Assembly: GCA_036172245.1 (NCBI GenBank)
Contig: JAYWIR010000046.1
Location: 1,054,001 to 1,118,000, forward strand
Source of the DNA: Raillietiella orientalis
Lineage: Eukaryota
Direction of reading: 5' to 3'
DNA: 64,000 nucleotides
In this document: in pieces, positions 1 to 11,500 of the stretch
How the letters are laid out: the number at the start of each line of letters is the position of its first letter
Position numbering within the stretch: the first letter of the stretch is position 1
Program-made: the position numbers and the translations under genes
Notes under the pieces: generated by a model
What the model was told of the DNA's origin: nothing
What the model saw: the letters and a program-made list of their open reading frames with translations, nothing else
Databases searched by the model: none

Positions 1-1803
1 ACCGGCCCGCATCCACCTGTCTCGAGCACCTGCCCTTATCGCACGCGGGTCTCCCGTAAGAGGGGAGGGGAAGGATGGAAGAGGAGGAGGAGAAGGGTTG
101 AACAGGTGGACGTGGAGACACATCACCCCCTGTTGAAGAGCCGTGCGAGGACGCGGCCCCTGCGCACGCAGAGACACGGGCCTCGTAATACCCCTTGGTC
201 CTTTCCCAACTCTTTGCAGGGAGCATCCGAGAGGAAGACGGAAAACCCGAACTCGTAGAACTGGAAACCGGCACATCTCCCCGGGGCGATGCGCGTCTCT
301 TCAGGAGGACGAAGACAAGTGGCTTGGAGGGGGGAGCGGAAGAGAAACCTCCCTCTCAGAGACAGCAGGTCGTCATCGATCAGCGGAACCTCGGGCAGTT
401 TGGGGTCTCGCGGACAAAGGAGCGATGACGGATGGACGGGACGATCTCGCGTAGATGGAAAGAGCGGGAAAGACCGGGGGATGGGGAGCGAGGGGCGAAC
501 CCCGAGATGCGGCGCTGGCGGGCAGCCCTGACAAAAGGCGCCATCAGCCTCCACCTCCCTTGCCGCTCCCCCAGAGGAGAGGAGGGCGGAAGGGTCGACC
601 CCCGAACTGGCTCCTGCCGCGTACGAAGGAGTCGGCAGGGCAAATGCTTTCGAGGGATGCCTGGGAGAGGTGACAGGAATGGCAGCGAAGCGAGGAAATG
701 CGAGGAAAATTCCCCCGAGACCGTGCGTCCTCCGGGAAAGGCTGAGGACACCCTCAGGAGGTGCCGCTGCGGGAGAGAGGGGTGAGATGCGCGAATCCGT
801 GCCTTCCTCCTCGGTCCCCTGCACCTCCAGGATGTAGGAAATCTCCATGCGTAGTGAAGGGAGAGGGAAGGGCTGCAGCCTGCACACCGTTGATCTCTGC
901 TCTGCCGAGGGAAGATGCGATCTCTCCCATCGTCCCACCCATTTACCCTCTGGAGCACGTCCCCTCCAGGCTCCTCGTGTCTGCAGAGGCGAGAGGCGGG
1001 TCCGGAGCTACCGGAAGCTGCAGAAACGCCACTCCCCCTCCTCTTCCGCTTCCCTGTCGACGCGCTCTCCCTCCAAGGATGCGCGCTCCAGCTTCGGCTC
1101 CGCTGTCGAATGGTTCGGGGAGGGACGCTGCTGGATTCCGGGAAGGCGGGAACAGCAGCGCCCACAAGGAAGAACGGCCTCGTCCGTCGTCGCCGCTGAG
1201 GAAACACCTCCGAGGGCCTGCCAGCGGCCCGCGGTCGGACTCTCCGGGAGAGCGCGCTGCCGTCGACCGAAAGGCGGGGTGTCCTCTTCGCAGACCGGCA
1301 GCTACTGCGTCCTGACCCTCACGTCCCCCTTCCCTCCCCCCTTTCCCGGCGATCCGCCAGTTCGTTTCCGCCCCTCCTCCTTCGCCCGCCCTAGCGTTCG
1401 CAGAGGGGCAGGGAAACCCAGCGGCGCACGCACCGGCATCACCGGCATCGGGGACGTGTCCTCAGCCTCCGCTAGGATGAGCTGCTCTCCGTCCTCCCCC
1501 TTCCTCTTCGATTCCCCTTTCTCTTCGTCCGCCTCCCAGGGAATTCCTCTCTCGACTGGAGACTCCTACCTCGCTCCTCCTCGAGGGTGGGGCGTCCTCC
1601 CTGACCGGAGGTGCCTCGGAATGCGCTTTCGACCACTCAGGTGCTGAGGCTCCCCTCGGCCCATCCTCAGACCACGTAATCCTCCACCCGACTCTAGGAC
1701 ACGAGGGAGAAAGATCCCCATCCTTCCCCCGGGGTAGGGGGGTGGAAGAGTCGGAAATCCGCGGCCTCCGAGTCCCTACGAGAGGAGAGTTCCAGGAGAT
1801 GAT

Positions 1804-1836
1804 CGGGAAGAAGCCGGGAAGAAGCCGGGAAGAAGG
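1804..1836 (+). repeat. Short tandem repeat, 11-nt unit CGGGAAGAAGC x3
   Basis: cgggaagaagc cgggaagaagc cgggaagaagg, read directly. Confidence 0.85.
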
Positions 1837-4800
1837 CGAGGAGAAACAGCTCCCCGGAAACGTATTTCCCGCGTCCCTGAAAGAAGGGTTTCCCGAGTCG
1901 CGCTCGCGCAACCCGGTTCCCTGCGGCCATCCCGTGGAGGGCAGGCGCAGGAGGAACCTCTTCGAGCTATGGCACCTCCTCCTCCCCCGCCCGCCTCCGG
2001 ACGGCGACGCGGGTCCGCTGGACGCGCGTTCCCGACCCCCGTTTTTCCCTTCGTCCGCGGCGAGCCGGGTGTTCGCGAGGCGCGCGTTTGCTCGCAGGGA
2101 TGCCTGAGAGGATGGCAGGGGGTGCGTTTGCTAGGAAACGCTCCTCTCCGTCCTCCGCCTACAGCCGTAGCAGCAGCAACCAAGAGAACGACGAACGAGC
2201 ACGTGGAGGCGGCGAAGACGCCATCTTGCCCTTTTTGTTTTTTTGGAGGGGTGGGGGCGGAAGGAGAAGTGGTCGCGCGTATTGACTTCCCGGCCCCTTT
2301 TCCCCGGTGGGAGCTGCTGCCGCTGCCCGGGGGCGGATTAGCAGGATTTGCTGGAAGACAAACAAAAAAGGACTCACCATTTGCGTTCGAGGAGCGTGGG
2401 GGCGGAGGGGACGGGAGCTTCCGCTGGAGCCGCCAGACGTCGGCCTCCCGACGGGACGCACCTCGCGCAGTCACAACGAAGAGCCAGCTTGCCTTTCCTG
2501 GAATACGAGCGAGGGGGGCATTCCGAGCGCCTCCTCTTCTGCCGAGAGGCGTCCAGACAGCCGCCGGCGCCGAGAGGCACGAAGACGACCGCGCGAGGCC
2601 GCGCGCCTGACCCGTTCGCCTCCGTCTCCGCCACCGGCGAATCCGGCGGGCGCTCTCCCCCGCTCTCCGGAGCGCTCGGAGACCGTCATTCTCAGGGAAG
2701 AAACTGGACTTCTCCCCCCCTTCCTCCTCCCCTGAAGGACTGGATGGAAGCAGGGTGGGGCGACGAAGGATGACGACCGCTGAAAGGAGAACAAAAAGGA
2801 AGGTGGGAAGGGAAGGACGCTGCCGGGTCGGATGGGGGGGGGGGGGATCTGCCGGAGGACGTGTCTCCCGGTAGCGCCCAGTTCACAGAGCTCCGGTTTC
2901 GCGGAAGCGGGGCCAAGGGCGCAGCTCCGTCGATCAGACGTCACGCCGATTCGGGAGGGGAGCGTGGGAAGCGCTGCGGATTCAGGGAGGCTGCGCTTTG
3001 TCCGAAGTCCCGCACAAAGCTCCAGGACGTTTCCCGAGGGCCTCGGGCGCCGAGCTGGACAGATGCTGGTGCAACAGAGACGCTGCCGGAGCTCCCTCCC
3101 AGGGGCGAGGAACCTATCGGATGGGAGGGGCTCCACGGGGCAAGCCGAGAGACCCTCCTCCTCCTCCTTCCAGGGAAAACGGGAGCGACCTTCCCTTGAA
3201 GGTCTCCCTGTTCCACGCTTCCTGCTTCGGGATCCCTTCGGGATGCAACGCACCTACGAGGCAACCTGGCAGAGATGCCAGGAGGGGACCGCGACCTCCG
3301 CCTCCGAGGGCACCCGGCATCTCCCCTCCTCCGCTTCCCCGGTGCAGCAGCCCCTCTGCGCGCAGTTTCCGACGGACCGCCTGGGTGCCACCGTGCGAAC
3401 CCGGGGCCTCGTGTCAGCTTCCTCCCCTGAGTCGGTAGGGCAGCTGGAGATCCCAGGAAGAGGCAGAGGCTTCCCCGGAGTGGAGATGCGCGTGACACGG
3501 AGATCGCGGGCTCGGATTCCCGTGGACATCGTCGTCTCGCTGTGAGGAGCACCAGGCAGGGCTCGCCCGGGCGAGGTCAATCCGCTTAGCTGCTGCCCCC
3601 TGCCTCGCCTCCGGCGTGGGAGCACGAACCTCGGAGTCTTCCCATTGTTCCCGGGTTCTTTCCCACCCCTTTCGCCCCGGCGACTTTTTTTACGTCCATT
3701 ACGATCCTTGCGGGCTGCTTTCTCACGTGACGGGTGGCTCCCTTCACGACTTCGGGATTTCTCCTCCCATTCTCCGAGAGAGGGTCCCTCACGGCCTCTC
3801 CCTCGAGAAGAAGCGAGACCTTCAGATCCTTTCCTTTAGAAAAAAGGATGAAGTAAGGTCCAGCGACCTCCGTGACGGGCTGTCGGTCCATTCAAATAGG
3901 TCGCGGGAGTGGGCGAAGGAAGCAGACAGGGAAGGAGAGAGGGTGCAGGATGGGAGGACTCGGTTCCGCCCTTAAGGAAGCCGCGCCCCCGCAGGAGGGC
4001 GGCCGACTGGACTGTGGGCGGTCTCCAGACTGTCGAAATGAAGGGAGCCTCTGTGCTTTGGCGGCCCACCGGGACCTACAGCACGGAGGTCTCCGTAATT
4101 CCTGTCGACCCACTTGCCAGTCCCGGGGCAGCCTCTCCCCTCCTCCTTCTGCCTACACTTCCCTCTCCTCAACTCATCTCTTCCCTCCTCTCGTTCCTGA
4201 AGCGTGGGAGACATCCGGGAAGGCACCCGCAGAGCCAAGTCCTCCAAGATGGACGATTCAGGCTTTGCCGAATCATAGTGATCTGCCGGAGGCGGCGCGC
4301 GCTCTCCCGAGGGAAGGCAGAGCGCAGGAGAGAGCCTTCCGCAACAGGAAAGCAGGTTCGCTTCCCTCGCCTGCCTTTTTTCTGAAGGACGTGTGCCGAG
4401 AAGGACGAGCGGCTGACGAGGGTGGTCTCCTAGCAACTCCCCGCCGGCAGTCGACCGGCGGGCACTCCTCGACGACCCCCTCCGTCCTCCCGCCGCAGGT
4501 GTTTCCCTTCCCCTTGAATCCAGGAGCCATGTCGCCCAGCAGGAGGGTTTCGCGCGCAAGAGAGTTCCCGCCACCGGGAACCGTTCACCGACACTGACCC
4601 GGCACGTGCCCGCTCCACAGCCTGCGGGCCTTACTCCTTCACTTCTCTCCTTCCCGGAGCCCTCGGGAAGATAACCAGTCTCTGCCCTTTCCCGAGGCGC
4701 CGGGCAGCATCCTCTAAAGAGCGCCTGTCGGGAGAAAGCTGGGAAGGAGACGCTGCAAAGCACCGAGAGACGCTGCTTTTGAATTGGGAGACGAGGAGGA

Positions 4801-7800
4801 GGAGCCGGGAAGGCGGAGAGGAGAAAACGCGAGAGGAAGAGGGAGGGCGGAGCGGGAAAGACCTTGGGAACGAATTCCTGGTTCAGTTTCTTTGCAAGGA
4901 GGAGAAGGGGGAGGAAGCTCCACCGATTCGGGAGGGTGATGGGCACCCTCGCTTGTTCCTCAAGGGCATGTAAAGGGTGGGGGTGGGAAAGGATCCGGAT
5001 TTGGACCCGGGGAAGGCAAGTCCTCCTGTTGTTTCCCTGCAGTTATTTGTCGATCCTTGGGGAATTCTCGGAGGTCGCCTTTCCTTGTTTCTCCTACGAT
5101 AGCTCCCTTCCGCTTCCCCTCCTCGTTGCAAACCGACGCTGTCGGCAGCGCCTCTGTCCTCCTGACCTCCACCCCGCAGGGAGCGTTGTGGTGGAGGGGC
5201 ACAGGAAACGAAGAAAGGCGTGAGGGAAAACCCGGACCTTGAGGCCTTCTCATGAGCATCCTTTCCTTCCCTCCTCCCTTCTTCCCGCCAAGGGGCACGT
5301 GCCCCTCTGTAGTGTCGGTGGATTAGTCCGACGGGCGGGGACGAGGTCGCTGAGGAACGTGCGGAAGAAGAGTACGGCAGAGGGGGAAGAGAGAGGGCTG
5401 AGGAAGGGGGAAGGGTGGAGAGGAGCAAAAGGAAGGGACCGCACACAGAGGCGGCGGAGCTTTCACAGCTCGGAGGCTGCGCCGTGAACGAGGGGGGCCC
5501 TGGCCCCAGGGACTACCATGGGCGGTAACCGACAGGAGTCTCTGGCGACCCTCTATGCAGTGCGTGGGGGGGGGGGGAGAGAAAGCCGCTTTTCCCGGGA
5601 AGGGAAAAGAGAACGGACGGGGGAGGCTTTCGCTCGATGACCCGGCTGACGAAGGTGTTGCAAGTCCTGGGCAGAGGCCAGTGTGGGGTCTCTTCCCTTC
5701 CGACCGGGAGCTCTTTCTTCCTGGAGAGGCGAAGAGATCCAGGAGGAACCCGGGAAAGGGAAAAGGACGCTCCTGTTCTTTCCTCTGCCAATAGCCGGAG
5801 GTTCCTTTGCTCTCTGCATAGGATGGCTGTCCAGGCGCCTCCCGGATCACTGGAAACGGCCCGGTGGATGGAAGAGCCTCGACTGAGTAGCCAGATGTTA
5901 CAGATCCTGGATCCAGGATAGCGAGGATGCGCATTCTCTGTTGCTCCTCTCCTTCTGGTTCCTGCAGGGACTCAAATTTCCTGGGAAGGACTCACGGGGA
6001 ACAGGGGGAAGGTGCGCTTCCCTCGTCCTCAGTCCTTGAAAAGGGGAATCCTCAGGGAAATCGGGAAGGAACGTGGTCCACTCGCGCCTCGTGGGGTCCC
6101 TACGGGCTCCTCCGAGCAGGAAGATATCGCGCGGGAGCTCCCAGGTCAAGCAGGGTCCAGTCAAGGAAGGAAGAGGGGGAGGAGCAGAAAAGAAGGGAGA
6201 TGCGCTCCTTTCCCGGCAGTGAGCTCTTCTGTGCAATCCACCCTCTCTCTCTCTTTCGAGGCTTCTCTGTCGAGAGAGAGAGAGAGGACAGCCCTCTGCG
6301 CTTTGGTGGGATCTCCACGCTCCTCATTCCAGGACATGCCGTTGCCGTGGAGGCAACTTCCGGCCAGGTGCAGATTCTTTTGCGGCCAATGGGCTCCTGG
6401 AGACAGTGACCGCGATGACCCCTTTCTCGGGGGCTCCCTGCTTCCGTCTGTAGCTGGGGTCATTTGCGGAGCCCCATCAAGCCATTCGGAGGGGTCGTTA
6501 GGCGCTAGGAAGGGCTCTGGCAAGTCGTTCGTGATTCGGAGGTCAGGTCACCCGGGGGGAGTAGATCCTCCCAAGGGGTGCTTGAGCTATTAGCGGGTCT
6601 CCCAAGCCATTTGTGTAGTCGTTAAGCCACTCCGAGGGCTGCGGTCACGTTCAGAGACTCGTCGGTCCCTCTGGAGAGGCCATCAGGCTACTTAGAGGGC
6701 TGCTATTGGCTTATTTGGACGATGCCCACCAGTTGGTTGTGGGTGCTGCCCGACGGCCACTCGAGGCGCCCGGATGAACCTCCCGGGAGTCTGCACCTCT
6801 TCCCTTCCTTTCCGACAGCCACCAGGAGGGGCGATGCCCAGAGCGGCTCATGCAGCCTGCTCGGAGCGATCCGAAGCTCTGGCGGCCTTGGAGGCAACTG
6901 AGCAGCGACTGTTGTTGGGACCGAGATGGGTGAAGAGGGCAGGAGGATGCATGCAGCGGCCCCAGTCACCACTCACTCGTGAGCATTTCTCTGGAGACGA
7001 GGGTGGCGATCCGTCGGCTGCGGGTTGAGGCGTCGCCGTTGAGGCGGTTGGTCAGCCGGGTCCAGAAGCGAGGCCAAGGGTCCCCCTCACTTTAGAGAGG
7101 AGTCTGGAGGAAGCTTCGGGCGCCCCCGGGCTTCCCGTTCCCTCACTTCGCTTCGCGTGCCCCTTTCCGGCTCCTCCTCCGCTCTCGAGCGCCGCAGTCC
7201 GCGAGGCGGCGAGCAGAGGAAGCCGCGCCTTGCAGGTGCGACGCCGTGAGGCGCGGCGCGGCGCGTAGAGGGAGAAGAAACGCGCAGGTTCGTCACGCCG
7301 CCGCGACATGATGGCGACCCCGGCGCGCGGGCGAGCGTGGCCGCGGCGCGGGCGAGGAAAGTTCGCCCGCCTCAGTCAGTGTTCCCGTGCGTGCGCAGGT
7401 GTGCGGAGCGGCGGCGGTGGGTTCGTGAGCGCAGCCGCCCGCTCGAGTGGGCGAACTTGCGCGCGCGGGGGAGGGGAGTCGGGGAGGGGAGGGAAAGGCA
7501 TGGAACCGCCCCCGCAGCCGCTCCACCGCAAAGTGGCTCCTTTAGCGCGAAGGTGGCGCGAGTGAGGACTCCATCGGAGGGGAGGGGGAGTGACTCCCTC
7601 CTACGAGACCCACCAAGAGCTCCCCCCCCTTTCACCCTTTTTCACTGCTGTCCGCCGCTCATTCCGGCGTTCAAGAACACGCTGATACCCCCCCCCCCGC
7701 GCTTTGCCTCGTTCCTCGAGCATCCGGCGATGACTCACGTCCGTCGTCGCCTCCGCCCCCGCTGCCGCTGTCCCCGTGAGTTCCTGGTGTCCTGTGGAAA

Positions 7801-8496
7801 GGAGCAACGCGGCGAAGACTTCCTCTCCCACCTCTTCCTCCGGGTTCCGCTCCAAAGTCGGCGCAGGGCAGGAGGAGGAGCTGCTGTTCACGTGGAGGGC
7901 CAGCGGAGGTGGACAGGGCTGCTTCGAGTCGTCGTCGTTCCCCCCTCCCTTCCCTCCTCTCCTTTTTTCGACCATCGACGCTGGGCTCGCCCGTCCCATC
8001 CCTCCCTGCAAAGGCCACCAGCTGCTGTGCAGGGCGCGGCAAGTGGGGGGTGGACGGGGAAAAGGGCGCACCCCGGGCACGTGTCGGAGGGGCAAATGAA
8101 GGTGTGGGTGGGGGAGGACACTCCCCTCGCGCACCTGCCCGCCTCCTGCTTCCTCCCTCCGAAACGCCCCCGTGATCCGCTCCCTCTGTGTGTTCCAGAG
8201 ACTGTGCGACCAGACCCCCGTGCCGCCTCCGCACCTCCCCGTCGCCGTTTTAGAAGCTTCCCGCCGTCGTGCGCACCCCCACGGGACGAACCCCCCAGCG
8301 GCGCGGGAGGAGGAACACCCCCAAAAGGAAGCGCCCTCCCCTTGCCCCTCCCGGCGAGCCTCGGAACTCGGGTGATGCCCAGCGTCAGCCAGCGAGGCAA
8401 GGACGCTCTCGCCGCTGCTGCTGCCCCCGCCGGCCGTCCCGCGAACTGCCACAACAACGCGCGTCTTCAGGCGCGCCGCGCCTCCCGTGGTGCCCG

Positions 8497-8554
8497 ATGC
8501 GCGCCACCGTAGCCGCACTCGTGGCCGCCGTCGCCATCGTCGCCTTTCGCAAGG
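8497..8554 (+). CDS. Predicted first (signal peptide) exon of the cadherin
   Basis: ATG...[20 protein letters not shown] followed by a consensus GTAAGT donor in phase 1. It joins the phase-1 acceptor at 16442 to give ...FRKGACG/RP, a plausible signal peptide. Intron 1 is about 7.9 kb. Confidence 0.75.
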
Positions 8555-11500
8555 GTAAGTTTTCTCCCTGCCCCTCTCACACAACCCAGCCCCACCCTCC
8601 TTCGCGCTCAATTCCTCTGGGTGAACCCCTTCCTTCTACGGAGGGCCATGCGAGTAAGAAGAGCGTGGGGAACGTGGCAACGGATGGGAGTGACCCAAGC
8701 TAGCAAACATTCCTCATCCTCTCACAATTTCCCCCTCCCTCCATCTCCCTCGTCTGCCTGCTCGTCCGCGAGGGAGCCCAGACGGTATTGCCGTTCGTTT
8801 CGTCTGGGCTCGCGCGCGCCGGTGCGCATGTCCGAGAGGAGCGTCCCTGGAGCTCCACGTGCTACGGCCAGCTGAGGTTCCCGCCTCTTCCGAAGGATGT
8901 TGCATCCCCTCCCCTCCTCACCCCTGCACCCCACCCGGGAGGCTGCACCGGGTCTCTTGTCCAGTCTCCTCTACCCGATCCCTTCACTGGAAATTTCCGG
9001 TCGCTTCCTGCAGGAACGGAGTCCGCGACTTTCGGCAGGGAATGGCCTCGCGACCCCTCCCTCCGCGCCCTGCTTCCGCCCTCGCCCCTCAACACCTCTC
9101 GTACGAACGGCCAGGAAGGCTCCGCTCCTGCGGTGCTCTTTTCCCACACTTGTGGACGTCCTCTCCTCCCGCACGGGGGAGGAGGGGGCATCGCTGCGTT
9201 CTCCTGAGCTCCCTCCCGGGTACTTCCGCGCGCGCAGCGGCGAGGAGGCTCTCGTCTCATCACCCTCGCCTCTCCTCTCCCCACGCCGGCCCTGCTCTGC
9301 CGACGTTTCTACGGTTACGCTCCCCAGTCGTTCCGCAAGCAAAGATCTTGTTGCCCGTCACGGTCAGCAGCCGGAGGAGGGAAGGGGGAGGATGGTTCCC
9401 GGGCGGCGGCCTCCGTCTCCTATTTCCTGTTGCCACGGACGCGGAGGGACGAGCGCGACGTTTCCAGGGTGCGACCTGTGCTGCCGGCACCTTTCCCTCC
9501 TCCGTCCCCGTAAGGACCAGCAAGCCTCTGAGCCCTCTCCAGGGACAGCAGGTACCCCTAGATGCCGGAGGCGGCGGAGGAGATCGCTCCTCCCGAACTC
9601 TTCCCGGACTGCTTTGCCGTAGAGGCCTCTCGCACTCTCCCGCGTCTTCCCGGTACACCGCCGTGCGCGCGCGCTGCTCGCGGCGCGGGTACGGGGAAAA
9701 GGAGAAAACGAGCAGCGGCGGCCGGCGGGACGTCACCCGCGCTGCCACCTTCGGATGGTCGTCTTAGGGGGAGAGGGCGGGGTTCTGTCGTGGGCAGCGC
9801 AGTCCATCGTCCCCCTTCAGCTTTCACCTTGCGACCTGCGCGAAGATCTCTCCGGTTGTACGATCCCCTGCACTTGCTGCAGAGTGGCGGACTGCAGCTG
9901 CCGAAGGCGCCGGGGTACACTTGTGTGCTAGGCGCTCTCCCCCATTCCCTCCTCCCTCCTCTCTCTCGCACCTTCCCTGCTTTCCACGCACTCCATGGCG
10001 GCTCGATGTCCCCACGCTCATCGATCTCGGCTGTTGCTGTCGCACGCAGCTTCCGCCTGCTCACTCCGAAGGTGAGCCGAAACACACTCGCACGACTCCT
10101 TGGAAACCTTTCTCTGAGCTTGGGAAGCGAGGCAGGACCTCCTGGTCTTAGATTTTCCGCGCTGTTAACGGTCGACTGGTCTTCGACAAACTCTGACCGC
10201 TCTTCCTCCTCCTCCACGTCTCTTACGGTTCTGCAGCCCAGGCTCCTTGTCCTCGGAAAAGCAGGCAGTGAGCAGCTGCTGAAGGAGAGTGAGGACTGTT
10301 TGACGTTCACGAAGACGGAAGCTCTCCCGGCCGTAACCGGCTGCTCCCGCCGTTCGCTCTGCCGAACGGGGCGTGGTATCCTCGTTTTGCGTCGCGTGTG
10401 CTTCGCTACGGCGGTGCGTCCTTCGTATGTTTTCGAGAAAATGGAGGCATTTCGGCGCTCTCCGTCTTCCTCGTGCAGGAGCCCTATTCGCTCTCTTTCC
10501 CCTTGCGCTCGCGCACCCATCCGATGTGGGACGGACTGGTAACAGGCGCGCGCGCGCGCACTGCTCCCTTCTCGATCGCTGCTGACGCGTCGGCGTCATC
10601 CAAAGGATTTCGAAACAAGGGGAGAAGCTGCGAGCCCGCTCCGCCGCGTCTCGCTCAGGAGCCACCGCCTCCAGTGCCGCCGTTTCGTCATGTTGAGGAA
10701 ACTGGCAAACCTGTCAAGGTCGCCCTTTAGCCGGTGGGACGGTTCCGCTGTAGTACATTGTATGGCTGCAGGTGCTCCGATGATACAGTGGCTAAGGCGC
10801 CCCATGTTTGAATTTTGGTAAAGCTGGGACCCTCCCCTTCCGTTTAGAATTCCGTACCTCCCTATTATCCCACGCGGAAGGCCATCCTTGGAAAACGAGG
10901 CTTGTGTGAGTCCGCTTACGAAAGATCGTGCTATCCGGCGAAGGTGCGAATTTCGAAAAGTGAGAGTTTTTTCATTAGCGTGACGTCACGTAGCGTAGCG
11001 GCGCGTCATGCGGAGATGTGCAGTCCGCACTAGCGTACACTGTGCAGACTGCGTAAAGGACAGCTTTAGTAGAATCCATCAGTTTGCAAAGCCACATGTA
11101 AAGGTGAATTCACTACAGCAATCTCTGGATTGCCCAGCGTTATTGCGAGCGAAGAGTTGCGAGTAGAACTACACCTTCATATGTTTCGATAACGAGGAGT
11201 TCGACGACTACTGAAGAATGACAGAGGGATGAGTCGACGTCACGAAAAGTTCGCCAGCACATGCACGAGGCCAGCACTTGTTCGGGAAAAGCCCTCTACG
11301 GGACCACGTGAAGTTCCCTCCCCCCTTTTTGAAACTGTTTTCATTGCCTGGATAACAGTTTCGCATTAGAATACCTGGGCGATCTACACGTCCTGAAAAC
11401 ACAAAGTTTGAAACAAAGCGTCGGATTTTTCACTAGGACGTGTAGAACCCCAGGAGTTTTCGCATGCCCCCACCGGAATTGTGCTATTGCTCGCTTGTAG

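Noticed and set aside
1..8400. Many 100-390 aa ORFs on both strands, a few with protein-like stretches (e.g. 3586-3891 minus, 2832-3545 plus), and a possible 45-nt minus-strand intron at 902-946
   Set aside because: No recognisable domain and no consistent multi-exon model. Arg/Pro/Gly/Ser-rich overlapping ORFs are expected at this GC content. A real orphan gene cannot be excluded.
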